Assembly (NCBI GenBank): GCA_964587565.1
Contig: CAZPLK010000002.1
Location: 56,725-120,724 of the forward strand
DNA length: 64,000 nucleotides
Direction: 5' to 3'
Origin: an uncultured Muribaculaceae bacterium
GTDB taxonomy: Bacteria; Bacillota_I; Bacilli_A; RF39; UBA660
Shown: piece after piece, positions 27,905 to 38,728 of the stretch
Numbering within the stretch: position 1 is the first letter of the stretch
Layout: each line of letters begins with the position of its first letter
Notes under the pieces: generated by a model
Told to the model about the DNA's origin: nothing
What the model saw: the letters and a program-made list of their open reading frames with translations, nothing else
Databases searched by the model: none
Position numbers and translations under genes: made by a program

Positions 27905-27910
27905 GTAAGT

Positions 27911-28138
27911 TTAAAAAGTCATTTTTACTAAAATTACATCTTCTCCAATTTTTTCAATTTGACTCCACTCTATTTCTATTTCATCTTTCATTGTAAACAT
28001 TGAAACAATAAATTTACTTTTTTCAATAATTAATGATTTCATGTTTCCATCTTTATTAATAATAATATCAATGATGTTCCCAATTTTTTTACCGTCAACT
28101 ACATTTACGACATCTTTATCTTGTAATTCTGATAATCT
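27911..28138 (-). CDS. ylmC: YlmC/YmxH family sporulation protein (PRC-barrel)
   Basis: MRLSELQDKDVVNVVDGKKIGNI signature. ATG at 28138 follows AGGTGA. Lies downstream of sigG, as in Bacilli. Confidence 0.8.
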   Translation of the reverse strand, partial: RLSELQDKDVVNVVDGKKIGNIIDIIINKDGNMKSLIIEKSKFIVSMFTMKDEIEIEWSQIEKIGEDVILVKMTF

Positions 28139-28185
28139 CATTTTAATCACCTAATTAATTATATTAAAAATTAATTATATAATGA

Positions 28186-28962
28186 TCATCCTATTAATTT
28201 TCTCAAATCTTCCAATGCTCCTTTTTCTAATCTAGATATTTGTGCTTGAGATATTCCTATTTCTTTTGCTAACTCAACTTGAGTTTTCCCCACCATATAT
28301 CTTGAGTAAATTATATATCTTTCTTTTTCTTTAAGCTTGTTCAAAGAGGAACTAAGTGCAATGTAAGACTCTTGGTCGTAATAATACTTATTGTTATCCC
28401 CTAATTGATCAGCCAAATATATTGTATCACCTCCATCGTTATATATAGGTTCAAACATGCTAATTGCATCTTTCATCGAGTTTAATGCGTAATTAACTTC
28501 ATATTCAGTTATATTCAATTCCTTAGCAATCATTTCAGCACTTGGTTCTTTACCTAATTTATTGGTCAGTTTTTCTTTTGCTGTTAAAGCTTTATACGCA
28601 GTATCTTTTATACTTCTAGCAATCCTAACACTGTTATTATCCCTTAAATATCTTTTAACCTCACCTAAAATCATTGGAACTGCATATGTTGAAAATCTCA
28701 CCTCGTGTTTTAAATCAAAATTATCTATAGCTTTTATTAATCCAATACACCCCACTTGAAATAAATCATCCATATTATCAGTACGATTTTGAAATCTTCT
28801 TAATATGCTTAAGACTAATTTTAAATTTCCATTTACTAGTTCTTCTTTTGCTAATTGATTACCGTTTTGAAATTCAATGAATAATTTTGTCATTTCTTCA
28901 TTAGTTAAAACTTTAATATCCGCAGTATTCACGCCACTAATTTCAACTTTGTAGCGTGCCAT
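28186..28962 (-). CDS. sigG: Sporulation sigma factor SigG (sigma-G)
   Basis: N-terminus MARYKVEISGVNTADIKVLTNEEM...AKEELVNGNLKLVLSILRRF is typical of sigma-G/F. The 259-aa length matches B. subtilis sigma-G (260 aa), and regions 2-4 are intact. ATG at 28962 follows AAAGGAG. Confidence 0.85.
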   Translation of the reverse strand: MARYKVEISGVNTADIKVLTNEEMTKLFIEFQNGNQLAKEELVNGNLKLVLSILRRFQNRTDNMDDLFQVGCIGLIKAIDNFDLKHEVRFSTYAVPMILGEVKRYLRDNNSVRIARSIKDTAYKALTAKEKLTNKLGKEPSAEMIAKELNITEYEVNYALNSMKDAISMFEPIYNDGGDTIYLADQLGDNNKYYYDQESYIALSSSLNKLKEKERYIIYSRYMVGKTQVELAKEIGISQAQISRLEKGALEDLRKLIG

Positions 28963-29018
28963 AAAAAAATCTCCTTTCACCTTTTATAATGGTGAATTTA
29001 GAGATTTTTTATTCATTA

Positions 29019-29765
29019 TTAAAATTTATATCTTAAATTTTTTCTTTTTATTAATTTTTTCTGCTTATCAAAATCTATTGAAATTTTAATGTTATTGACC
29101 AAATTATTAATAGATGTACTATAAGGGTTATGTAACATTAAAAACTCTTCACATGGATAATCATTAATAATATTACCGATCATTTTAATATAATTTAATT
29201 TTACAATTTCATCTTTTTTAGTTACATCATTTATTATTTGAAATGATTCATCAAAATCAAAACAAACTCTACCAGTGCTTAACTCTTCTTTTGTTTCTAA
29301 AAATATTGAGTAATTGTCATTGAGTAGCATTTTAATAATAAATTGATCTAATTGATGATATTCCCAAAAGTTTTTTGAAAAGTGTTCCTTTAAAGATTTT
29401 ATTAACAATCTATATATGTATTGATCATAAAACTGCTCAATCATTTGATACGCATAAATATATTTATATAAGTCAGCTTTAGTTTGTATATTTGAATTGT
29501 TATATTCCTTTATTAATTCCTTTTTTATTGTTAATAAATCTTTTAATTGTTCAGTAACCTTTAATTGTATTTTATAATACTTTTTATTTTTTTTCTTATT
29601 AAAATCATGAAACTCCATTAAATGTTTATAACATTGATCCATTAAATCTATTGTTAAAGGTATTAAAAGTGGAACAACGGATGAAATATCAATGTTTTGA
29701 TATTCTAATAACTTTAGTCTTTTTTCCTTTGATAAATAAAAATTATTAATTGTTTTTTCGTTCAT
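29019..29765 (-). CDS. Hypothetical cytoplasmic protein, 248 aa, no recognised domain
   Basis: Long ORF with an AAAGGAG-type RBS. Lys/Tyr/Ile-rich with helical character. I recognise no motif. Confidence 0.5.
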   Translation of the reverse strand: MNEKTINNFYLSKEKRLKLLEYQNIDISSVVPLLIPLTIDLMDQCYKHLMEFHDFNKKKNKKYYKIQLKVTEQLKDLLTIKKELIKEYNNSNIQTKADLYKYIYAYQMIEQFYDQYIYRLLIKSLKEHFSKNFWEYHQLDQFIIKMLLNDNYSIFLETKEELSTGRVCFDFDESFQIINDVTKKDEIVKLNYIKMIGNIINDYPCEEFLMLHNPYSTSINNLVNNIKISIDFDKQKKLIKRKNLRYKF

Positions 29766-29795
29766 TTTTTCTCCTTTTTAAAAAATTACTACGAA

Positions 29796-31397
29796 CTACT
29801 TACTAATTTTTAATATTTCATATATATCATCCGAATCACAATAAACAACATTCAACTTCATACCCTCTTCAATAAATGGTAATATGTTTGGGTTTACTTT
29901 TATTGAAACCTTATATTTATTATTTAAATTATCTAAAAAATAATAGTATGAAGTGCCATCAATAATTGCTGTTTTAATCGAAGATATAGTTATCTTTTCC
30001 CATACCATGTCCTTTTCATCTATAATGTTTAAATCATTACCTAAATAATTTTGTGCTGCTTTTTTGATACCTTCTTTTGCATCTGTAACAACTACCTTTT
30101 GATAATCTACGACATCAACAAATGCGTACATCTTTACTAAACCGGCATTATCTTTTAATGATAATAAATAAGTAGGCTTGTTATTTAAATTAATTAGCAA
30201 CGGAAATGTTGCACGATAATTCATTTGCTGTACTTGACCTTCTGCACTTGCCATTGCTGAGAATTCTTCTGCACCAGACACTGGATAAAACACAGTATTT
30301 TTAGTTCTTAAATTTGTCAATATAAATCCTATATTTGATTCATCAGTAGCTACAGATGTAATTCCTGTATACAAATAAACATCATCATTCATCACTGTAT
30401 AATTATACCCTTCTGTGGTTGCAATAACTCCTTTTTGTCCAAACACTGAATTAATATAGCCTTTTTCATATTTACCCCAGTCGTTAACTTGTTCTAAAAT
30501 AAGCTCTGTAGGGTAAACATGATCAATCCAAGATGGTATTTCACCCACTTTATATTTTGTTGTTTCACCAGTAATTGGATCTAAAGTTACAACGCCTGTT
30601 ACATCTCGCCTTAAACCAACTCCTGCATAAGATAATGTCGGTATAACCCAAAATGGATTGCCGTTGTTATCTATTTCAAATTCGTGTTTACCAAAAATTT
30701 TAGTTGGATATTCAAACCTTAATTTTCTATATAAATTTTCATTAAATAAAGCAGATGGCATATATCTCATACCTTTATCTAAACGTACCAACTCCGCCTT
30801 ACCAGTAACTGAGTTTAAAATAATATACCCTTTTACGCCTTCTTTCCTATTAGTAAAATATTTAATAACATTTGCATATTCTAAAGGTGTTACCCTAACT
30901 ATATCATTAAGATAATTTATTTGGGTGTATAAACTTGAGACAGAAAACTGAGATACTAAATCTGTCATTTGTCCCATAACCCTATCTCCTAGTTTTTGAC
31001 TTGAATCCTTATCCAATAAAGGCAAAGAATTAAAATCAACCTCACTAACATCCTTTTCAAAAATCCCATCTTTTACTACTTCTATTCTTTTATAGTATTT
31101 ACTTGCACTGAAAAATGGGGCATTTATAATATTAATTACTAAAATTAATATAAACACAATGGGAATAGATAACAATAAAGAATGCTTTTCATTAAGTTTT
31201 TCCATTTTTTTAAAATTAACAATTATATTATTGTTAAACTTTAAATTTAATAATTGATCTATTATATAATAAGACACAATAATTATTAAAACAAAAGGAT
31301 AAAACTCTGGTGCACTAAAATTAATAGGTGGTAACATAATATAGTAGAAGAAAATACCTATTAACATAGTTAAAATTATAGTTTTTATTTTTTTCAT
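29796..31397 (-). CDS. Hypothetical membrane protein, 533 aa, with large extracytoplasmic domain
   Basis: Three N-terminal TM segments and a ~420-aa soluble domain. GGAGG RBS. I cannot assign a family confidently. Confidence 0.55.
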   Translation of the reverse strand: MKKIKTIILTMLIGIFFYYIMLPPINFSAPEFYPFVLIIIVSYYIIDQLLNLKFNNNIIVNFKKMEKLNEKHSLLLSIPIVFILILVINIINAPFFSASKYYKRIEVVKDGIFEKDVSEVDFNSLPLLDKDSSQKLGDRVMGQMTDLVSQFSVSSLYTQINYLNDIVRVTPLEYANVIKYFTNRKEGVKGYIILNSVTGKAELVRLDKGMRYMPSALFNENLYRKLRFEYPTKIFGKHEFEIDNNGNPFWVIPTLSYAGVGLRRDVTGVVTLDPITGETTKYKVGEIPSWIDHVYPTELILEQVNDWGKYEKGYINSVFGQKGVIATTEGYNYTVMNDDVYLYTGITSVATDESNIGFILTNLRTKNTVFYPVSGAEEFSAMASAEGQVQQMNYRATFPLLINLNNKPTYLLSLKDNAGLVKMYAFVDVVDYQKVVVTDAKEGIKKAAQNYLGNDLNIIDEKDMVWEKITISSIKTAIIDGTSYYYFLDNLNNKYKVSIKVNPNILPFIEEGMKLNVVYCDSDDIYEILKISK

Positions 31398-31460
31398 AAC
31401 TAACCTCCTACTATTCAGTATAGCACTTAATTATATGTTTTTAAAGTACTATTAAATATA

Positions 31461-32195
31461 TTATGTTTTAACTAGTGTTTTTATTTTTTTAATTACTTTT
31501 TTCTCAATTCTAGATATGTATGACTGACTTATATTTAATAAATTTGCAACATCTTTTTGTGTCATTTCATTACAGTCATATAACCCATAGCGCAAAATCA
31601 TAATTTTTTTATCTCTACTATTTAATTTATTTATTTCATTATATAGCATTTCTTTTTCTACTTCTTCTTCAATACTTTTAGTTACAATATCAGGATCAGT
31701 TCCCAATATATCTTCTAAATGTAATTCATTACCTTCACCATCAAAACTTAAACTATCTTCTAAACTTATTTCTCCTCGCCTTCTTTTATTTTTCCTTAAA
31801 TACATTAAAATTTCGTTATCTATACATCTTGATGCGTAAGTAGCAAGTTTTATATTTTTATCAAGCTTATAAGTGTTAACACCTTTTATTAAACCAATTG
31901 TACCAATACTAACTAAATCCTCTAAATCAATTTTTGTGTTATCATACTTTTTAGCTAAAAAAACTACTAATCTTAAATTGTGTTCTATAAGCTTAGCACG
32001 GGCTAGTTCATCACCTTCATCTGCCTTTTGAACATATTTTACCTCTTCCTCTTTAGAAAGTGGTTCAGGTAACTTGTCTGAACTACCGACATAAAACAAA
32101 GCATTTTTAACATTGAAAAAATCTAATAATAAATTAATTAATTTTTTTATATTATCCCTCCAATATTTTATGATGTAATATACAACCCACATCAT
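31461..32195 (-). CDS. sigE: Sporulation sigma factor SigE (pro-sigma-E)
   Basis: A pro-sequence, then FYVGSSDKLPEPLSKEEE...LIEHNLRLVVFLAKKY, typical of sigma-E. The start is uncertain: the ATG at 32195 overlaps spoIIGA by 44 nt. Confidence 0.85.
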   Translation of the reverse strand: MMWVVYYIIKYWRDNIKKLINLLLDFFNVKNALFYVGSSDKLPEPLSKEEEVKYVQKADEGDELARAKLIEHNLRLVVFLAKKYDNTKIDLEDLVSIGTIGLIKGVNTYKLDKNIKLATYASRCIDNEILMYLRKNKRRRGEISLEDSLSFDGEGNELHLEDILGTDPDIVTKSIEEEVEKEMLYNEINKLNSRDKKIMILRYGLYDCNEMTQKDVANLLNISQSYISRIEKKVIKKIKTLVKT

Positions 32196-32943
32196 CTAAA
32201 CCCATTTCATTTTCAATAATACCTACTAAAAAATTGGTTTTTTCTCCATGTTTAAACACTTTAATCTTATAAGGTATTATACATGTCAAAATTCCATTAT
32301 AATTTACAGTATTATAAGGTACAACAACAGTTTTAAATATATCGATATTATTTTTAATATAACTTTTGTGCAACAAAATAATTGGTTTTTTAAAAAATGG
32401 ATCAATTAATTTATTGCCTGTGTCTAGAAAACCATTGACTTCGACATGAATATCTTTTGTTAAATATATTTTAACTTTATAATAATTTGAATAATTATTT
32501 TTTAACACGAGTCCTTGCTTTATATAATTATATATAATAATTGGTGATAATATTACTAGTAAAATATAATTAACACTTAACCCATTATGGAAAAATACCA
32601 ATCCATCTTGCTTATACGAAAATTGAACATTTAAATAATATAAAAAACCACCTAATAATATACTAGCTGTATAAAAGTATAATAAATTATTTAAAGTGTA
32701 TTTAATATTTACATAACCAAATGATATTATAATCATTAATATACTAATAATAACCTTAAATAAAAATAGTTGAAGTGAGGTTATTTTTATAAATAATACA
32801 AAAACGCTTAAACTGCCAATTACGGCACCATAAAATAAATTTAATACTTTTGTTCTTCTTCTTAATAATATCGATACACTAATTAACAGCAAAAAATCAA
32901 AACAAAAATTTAATATAAAAATTAAATCAAGATACAGTATCAC
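32152..32943 (-). CDS. spoIIGA: Sigma-E processing aspartic peptidase SpoIIGA
   Basis: Five N-terminal TM helices and the FLDTGN catalytic Asp motif. Located immediately upstream of sigE. Confidence 0.85.
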   Translation of the reverse strand: MILYLDLIFILNFCFDFLLLISVSILLRRRTKVLNLFYGAVIGSLSVFVLFIKITSLQLFLFKVIISILMIIISFGYVNIKYTLNNLLYFYTASILLGGFLYYLNVQFSYKQDGLVFFHNGLSVNYILLVILSPIIIYNYIKQGLVLKNNYSNYYKVKIYLTKDIHVEVNGFLDTGNKLIDPFFKKPIILLHKSYIKNNIDIFKTVVVPYNTVNYNGILTCIIPYKIKVFKHGEKTNFLVGIIENEMGLDDVGCILHHKILEG

Positions 32944-32961
32944 ATTATCACCATTTTAATT

Positions 32962-32989
32962 ATAAAAAAAAGACACAATTTATTGTGTC
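32962..32989 (-). terminator. Rho-independent terminator after ftsZ
   Basis: Stem GACACA/TGTGTC (within 32972-32989), followed on the minus strand by an 8-nt T-run. Confidence 0.6.
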
Positions 32990-32997
32990 GTTTTATC

Positions 32998-34056
32998 TTA
33001 TAAACCTCTTTTTCTTAAAAAAGTCGGTATTTCTGCTTCGTTAGTTACATCTTCAATTTCTTGATGTAATTCATCTCTTCTTGTATAAGGATGGAAAAGT
33101 GGTTCTCCTTCTTCTTCAAATCCGGTAGCAATCACTGTGACAATTATTTCATCACTTAAATTTTCATTAATAACTGCACCAAATATAGTGTTTATATCAG
33201 TATTAGAAGCAGCTCTAATAGTTTCTACAACTGTTTCAACCTCTGAAAGTGCTAAATTAGCACCACCAGTAACATTAATAATAGCATCAGTTGCACCATT
33301 GATACTAGTTTCTAATAATGGGCTTGAAACAGCTTGACTTGCAGCTTCACCAGCTCTGTCTTCACCAACACCGATACCTATACCAATTAGTGCATTACCT
33401 TTGTTTTCCATTATCGCTTTAACATCTGCAAAATCTAAGTTAATTAAACCGGCGACGGCAATTAAATCGGAAATAGATTGAACACCTCTTCTTAATACAT
33501 TATCTACTTCTTTAAAAGAATCTAATAATGGTGTTGATTTATCTACTATTTCGCGCAATCTGTCATTAGGTATTACAATTAAAGTATCAACGTGTTTCTT
33601 TAACTCTTCCAAACCTGCTATGGCTCTTTCCATTACCTTTTTCCCTTCAAATGTAAATGGTTTAGTTACAATTCCAATCGTTAAAGCACCTAATTCTTGA
33701 GCAATTTCAGCAATAACCGGAGCAGCACCTGTTCCAGTTCCACCACCCATACCACAAGTAACAAAAACCATATCAGCACCACTTAGTGAATTTTCTATTT
33801 CTTCTTTCGATTCTAAAGCAGCATCACGGCCAATTTCAGGTTTTGCACCTGCTCCTAAACCTTTTGTTAATTCAACACCCAATTGTATTTTTAACGGTGC
33901 TTGAGAATTGTTTAACACTTGCAAATCAGTATTTGCAACTATAAAGTCAACACCTTTCACACCTGATTCAATCATCCTATTAACAGCGTTGTTCCCACCA
34001 CCGCCAACACCAATAACTTTTATTTTTGCTAATTGATCCATCTCCAAACCAAACAT
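32998..34056 (-). CDS. ftsZ: Cell division protein FtsZ
   Basis: [10 protein letters not shown] tubulin signature and the C-terminal IPTFLRK tail. AAGGAGG RBS. Confidence 0.97.
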   Translation of the reverse strand: MFGLEMDQLAKIKVIGVGGGGNNAVNRMIESGVKGVDFIVANTDLQVLNNSQAPLKIQLGVELTKGLGAGAKPEIGRDAALESKEEIENSLSGADMVFVTCGMGGGTGTGAAPVIAEIAQELGALTIGIVTKPFTFEGKKVMERAIAGLEELKKHVDTLIVIPNDRLREIVDKSTPLLDSFKEVDNVLRRGVQSISDLIAVAGLINLDFADVKAIMENKGNALIGIGIGVGEDRAGEAASQAVSSPLLETSINGATDAIINVTGGANLALSEVETVVETIRAASNTDINTIFGAVINENLSDEIIVTVIATGFEEEGEPLFHPYTRRDELHQEIEDVTNEAEIPTFLRKRGL

Positions 34057-34068
34057 AACTTTTCCTCC

Positions 34069-35316
34069 TTATTCACTCCAAAAATATCCAAAAACTTTTC
34101 CTAACATTGAGTCATTTGATATATTAATAATATTTTTTTTCGTTGAAGATAATTCTTCAACATCATCCTTGCTAAACATTGAATACTGTTTATCTCTTAA
34201 TTTTAGTTTATCAATAAAATAAACAATATTACCAATAGCAGAAGAATATTTATTATCTCTAAGACCAACAACTTTTATATTACCAATTATAGCACATTTT
34301 CCGAAAACATCATCAACAATATATTTAAAATGTTCAATATTACTTAAACCACCAGTTATAATTATATACTGAATCTTTCTATTTGTTAAGAGATTTATTT
34401 CCTTTTTTGCTAAAGTCAATATTTCTTCTAATCTAGACATAACAACTTCTGACACTTCGTATTGATTAATAGCAATTATTTCGTTGCTTTTTGTTGCTAC
34501 TTCATAAAAATCATTGACAGAAGCATATAATTTATGAGCAAGGGCGAAGTTCTCTTTTATTTTAACCGCCTGATCATTATTGATTTTATATATATATGAA
34601 ATATCATTATCTACATGATTGCCGCCTAATCCGATAATCGAACTTTTTACAACTATATCTTTATTGTACAATGATACTGATGTAATTTCAGACCCTATGT
34701 TTATAATTGCACCAATTTGGTTTTCCGTTTGTGCTGTTTTAAAAGCATATATATCACCGATATTATTTAGCGAAATATCTTCAACGGCAATTCCTAAATT
34801 TTCTATTAAACTAACTACCGAATATATGTTTTTCTTAGGTGTTGTTACTAAAATTGATCTAGTACTTAATTTATTTCCCTTTTTATTTTTAGGATCTTTT
34901 ACCGGTTCATTCCCATCAATTGAAAAATCAATAGGTATAACTGTTACTAATTCTTTATCAGGTTTCATTTTTGTTTTAACAGCTTCATGCAAAACCCTAA
35001 TAATATCATCACCTGTTATAATATTGCCTTCACCTTTTATATCTATTTGACCTTCAGCATAAATATACTCAGCAAAATAACTAGGAACTGATGCAATCAC
35101 CCTTTTAATTCTAACACCTAGCATAATTTCAACTTCGCTTAAAGCCTTTCCTAAAGCTTCTCTAGCTTTATTAACATCTGTTATTACTCCTTTTTTTATG
35201 CCAGATGATCTTACAGAAGATGCGGCAAGTAAATTTAATCTGTTTTTAAAAAGTTCACAAACTACAACTTTAATTGTATCGGAACCAATATCAACACTAG
35301 TATAAATTTTCTTCAT
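34069..35316 (-). CDS. ftsA: Cell division protein FtsA
   Basis: Actin-like ATPase fold motifs (VDIGSDTIK, GGLSN). Located directly upstream of ftsZ. Confidence 0.93.
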   Translation of the reverse strand: MKKIYTSVDIGSDTIKVVVCELFKNRLNLLAASSVRSSGIKKGVITDVNKAREALGKALSEVEIMLGVRIKRVIASVPSYFAEYIYAEGQIDIKGEGNIITGDDIIRVLHEAVKTKMKPDKELVTVIPIDFSIDGNEPVKDPKNKKGNKLSTRSILVTTPKKNIYSVVSLIENLGIAVEDISLNNIGDIYAFKTAQTENQIGAIINIGSEITSVSLYNKDIVVKSSIIGLGGNHVDNDISYIYKINNDQAVKIKENFALAHKLYASVNDFYEVATKSNEIIAINQYEVSEVVMSRLEEILTLAKKEINLLTNRKIQYIIITGGLSNIEHFKYIVDDVFGKCAIIGNIKVVGLRDNKYSSAIGNIVYFIDKLKLRDKQYSMFSKDDVEELSSTKKNIINISNDSMLGKVFGYFWSE

Positions 35317-35400
35317 ACCACCATCTCCTTGTTAGCCTAAAATAATTATACTATATATTTTTTAAAAAGTAAAAGATTTTATTGAATTATAAGCCTTTTA

Positions 35401-36084
35401 TTAATTATCTATAATTGTAAAATGATTACCATAATCAAGGTGTAAAATTCCTTTTTTATTTTCAAATTTTTTTATAATATCTAAATAACTATTGATACTA
35501 GAAAATTTATCTAATGTTATATATACGTAATTACCATCATTCATATAAAATAGAAATCTATTACTCTCAACATCATTTGGAGCGTATTCAATTTCAGAAA
35601 TTCGTTGTAGTATACATTGATCAACAATACGAATTTTTTCAACAAAACTTTTATATTTAGTATCAGGTACAACATTTATTAATGTAGGAACCGTAAATTT
35701 TTGTTCTACTTCTTTACCATCATACAAAATTGTTTTGTTGTTTATCCTATTTATAAACATAGGATAGTTTTCTTCAACAGAAATATAAACTTGATTAAAC
35801 CCTTTTTTATAAACTTGAGCATCTAAAATATAGTCATTTTTTAACAACCGTTTTTTTACCATTATAGATAAACTTTTAAAAGCTGGTGGATAATTGTTAA
35901 TTTTTGCAATTTCTATTATTTGTTGATCAGAAATTATTTCATTATTTTCAATATATATATTTTTAATAGGAAGAGTAGTTACTTTTTTAATGCTTACACA
36001 AATGAAAAAAAGAATAAGCAAACAAAAAAACACTTTTCTTAAATTTAACTTTCGTTTTTTACGTCTAACATTCTTTTGTTTCAT
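35401..36084 (-). CDS. divIB: Cell division protein DivIB/FtsQ (POTRA domain)
   Basis: Basic N-terminus, a single TM helix and a POTRA-like region (IKNIYIENNEIISDQQI). Lies between murB and ftsA. Confidence 0.75.
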   Translation of the reverse strand: MKQKNVRRKKRKLNLRKVFFCLLILFFICVSIKKVTTLPIKNIYIENNEIISDQQIIEIAKINNYPPAFKSLSIMVKKRLLKNDYILDAQVYKKGFNQVYISVEENYPMFINRINNKTILYDGKEVEQKFTVPTLINVVPDTKYKSFVEKIRIVDQCILQRISEIEYAPNDVESNRFLFYMNDGNYVYITLDKFSSINSYLDIIKKFENKKGILHLDYGNHFTIIDN

Positions 36085-36091
36085 ACTATCC

Positions 36092-36988
36092 CTACTCTAC
36101 AATTTCTTGTTCTATTATTAAATCTACATTAAATTTATTTTTGACATCCGTTTTAATTTTATAAATCAATTCTTTTATATCTTTACCACTACCATAATTA
36201 GGATTGATAATAAAATTAGCATGTTTATTACTAACTTTAACATTGTTAATAACTTTACCTTTATAACCAACAGCCTCAACTAATCTCCATGCAAAATCTC
36301 CTTCTGGATTTCTAAACACGCTACCAGCACTTGGATGCTCTAATGGTTGAGTCATTAATCGCCTTTTCTTGCGTTCTTCAATCAAATCCATAATTATAGC
36401 AGGTTTTCCCTTTTTAAGTATAATTGTTGCTTCTAAGCATATATAATCTTCATTTTTTTGCAAATAAGAAGTTCTGTACTTAAATTGTAAATCTTTATTG
36501 TATAATGTTTTAATTTCAAAATTAGGAGTTAATACTTTAACTTCACTTATTATATATCCCATGTCTGATTTATATGCACCAGCATTCATATATACAGCAC
36601 CACCAATTGTTCCTGGAATACCTACAGCAAATTCAAAACCAGTCAATCCAGCTTTGGAAACTTGATATGCAATTTTAGACAAATTATAACCAGCACCAAC
36701 AGTAATTTTTGTATCTTCTATTTCAACATTATTAAATTCAGATAGTTTTATTAAAATACCATCGTAATAATCAGTAGCAAAAATTAAATTGCTACCATTT
36801 CCAATAACTTTGTATTTTATATTATTATTTTTAATATACTTAATAAGTTCAACTAATTGCTCCACTTTACTTGGATATACGACTACTTTTGCAGTACCAG
36901 ATAATTTATACGTAGTGTAATCTTTTAACAATACATCCGTTTTAATTTTACCACATTTTAATCTTTTCAAATCATTTATAATATTCAT
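36092..36988 (-). CDS. murB: UDP-N-acetylenolpyruvoylglucosamine reductase MurB
   Basis: FAD-binding domain (GNGSNL) and the C-terminal SAGSVFRNP and SNKHANFIIN motifs. Confidence 0.93.
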   Translation of the reverse strand: MNIINDLKRLKCGKIKTDVLLKDYTTYKLSGTAKVVVYPSKVEQLVELIKYIKNNNIKYKVIGNGSNLIFATDYYDGILIKLSEFNNVEIEDTKITVGAGYNLSKIAYQVSKAGLTGFEFAVGIPGTIGGAVYMNAGAYKSDMGYIISEVKVLTPNFEIKTLYNKDLQFKYRTSYLQKNEDYICLEATIILKKGKPAIIMDLIEERKKRRLMTQPLEHPSAGSVFRNPEGDFAWRLVEAVGYKGKVINNVKVSNKHANFIINPNYGSGKDIKELIYKIKTDVKNKFNVDLIIEQEIVE

Positions 36989-36991
36989 AAA

Positions 36992-38074
36992 TTACTTCCT
37001 ATCTATTAAATTTATAATAATTTCATATATTTTTGTAGCACTATTATTAACTTTCAAATAATTTAAGTTTTTTTGCATACTTTGCAACCTCTTATGATCA
37101 TTAATTAAACTATCTATAGTTCTAACTAATATATCACCTTTTAAATCTTTTTCCTCAATCAACACTGCCCCATCTTGTTCAACTAAATTCATAGCGTTTT
37201 TAAATTGATGATTATTTGGAACATATGGGCTTGGTATTAATATAGAAGGCAAGTTTAGTGATATTATTTCGCTCAAAGTTGTAGCTCCACATCTAGTAAC
37301 AATTAAATCAGCATTTTTCATCATTCTCGTTTGTTGTTCAATATATGGTTCAATGAAAACATTTGAAGGAAGTTTATGTTTTCTAACTTCTTTGTAAGAT
37401 TCTTTTCCAGTAACAAAAAGTACTTCATAATTTTTTCCGTTGAATAATTGCATTGTTTTAATTAAAAATTCACTAACTTTTATTGAACCTAAAGAACCCA
37501 TCACTACATAAACTAATTTTCGATTAGTACTTAAATGAAAATCTTCTTTTTTAAAAGCTGGTTGTTTTATTGCATCTTCACCGCATGGATTACCAGTAAA
37601 GTAAGTTTTTTCGTTAGGAAAATATTTTAATGAAGATTCAAACGACACACCAATACTAGTTGCGTGCTTACTCAAAAACAAATTAGCTTTACCTGGAATA
37701 CTATTTTGCTCATGAATAAATGTTTTATATCCTAATTTTTTAGCAGCATATATAACAGGTACAGTTACATAACCTCCAAAGCCTATAACTATATCTGGGT
37801 TAAATTCTTTTATTATTTTTTTGCACTCATAATAACTATTAAATACTGTTTTTAATGTTTTTATGTTTTTCCAAACTTTTTTCCTATTAAACCCATAAAT
37901 TTCAATTGTTTCAAATGGAATATCATATTTAGGTATTATATCTTTTTCCATTCTATTATGAGTACCAATATATAAAAATTCACTTTCAGGATTTTCTTTT
38001 TTTATTTTATTTATCATCGCTAATGCGGGATATATATGCCCCCCAGTTCCACCAGCACTTACTATGACACGCAT
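36992..38074 (-). CDS. murG: Undecaprenyldiphospho-MurNAc-pentapeptide GlcNAc transferase MurG
   Basis: GGTGGHIYPALA N-terminal motif and GT28 family layout. Confidence 0.93.
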   Translation of the reverse strand: MRVIVSAGGTGGHIYPALAMINKIKKENPESEFLYIGTHNRMEKDIIPKYDIPFETIEIYGFNRKKVWKNIKTLKTVFNSYYECKKIIKEFNPDIVIGFGGYVTVPVIYAAKKLGYKTFIHEQNSIPGKANLFLSKHATSIGVSFESSLKYFPNEKTYFTGNPCGEDAIKQPAFKKEDFHLSTNRKLVYVVMGSLGSIKVSEFLIKTMQLFNGKNYEVLFVTGKESYKEVRKHKLPSNVFIEPYIEQQTRMMKNADLIVTRCGATTLSEIISLNLPSILIPSPYVPNNHQFKNAMNLVEQDGAVLIEEKDLKGDILVRTIDSLINDHKRLQSMQKNLNYLKVNNSATKIYEIIINLIDRK

Positions 38075-38150
38075 AAGATCACATCCTATTATTATTATAT
38101 CATAATTATATGCAATTACAATTCATTTTAAGAGTTAAAAAACTTTGGTT

Positions 38151-38549
38151 TTACCCAAAGAATCTTTTAATTTCAATTTCAGCATTTAAAGTCGAATCTG
38201 ATCCGTGAATTAAATTTTCAGTAGTATTAAAAGCGTAATCTCCCCTAATAGTTCCAGGCATCGCTTCACTACATTTAGTTGGTCCCATTAAATTTCGCAT
38301 TCCCAAAATCACATCAGGACCTTCTACAATCATTCCAATAACAGGCCCAGATGTCATAAAATCTACTAATTCGGGAAAAAATGGTTTATCTATTAAATGA
38401 GAATAATGATCTTTTAATATATCGTTTGATAAATTAAACATTTTCATTTCAGATATAACATATCCTTTATTTTCAATTCTACTAATAATTTCACCAACTA
38501 ATTTCCTTTTGATTGCATCTGGTTTTAACATTATATAAGTTTTTTCCAT
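38151..38549 (-). CDS. ndk: Nucleoside diphosphate kinase
   Basis: MEKTYIMLKPD...NLIHGSDS (catalytic His). ATG at 38549 follows AGGAGG. The 21-codon upstream extension in the ORF track runs through the RBS. Confidence 0.9.
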   Translation of the reverse strand: MEKTYIMLKPDAIKRKLVGEIISRIENKGYVISEMKMFNLSNDILKDHYSHLIDKPFFPELVDFMTSGPVIGMIVEGPDVILGMRNLMGPTKCSEAMPGTIRGDYAFNTTENLIHGSDSTLNAEIEIKRFFG

Positions 38550-38728
38550 ACATACCTCCTCTAATATCAAAAGTATAACATATATTTTTTCATTTTCAAC
38601 CATTTTAAACATATATATATGTTTAAGTGCATTAAATTATATAATAATTTTCATTTTTAAATACTTTTTGCACTAAAAACTGTATTTTTTCAAAAAATTG
38701 TGCAATAATACTTTTAGGTGGTAGTATT

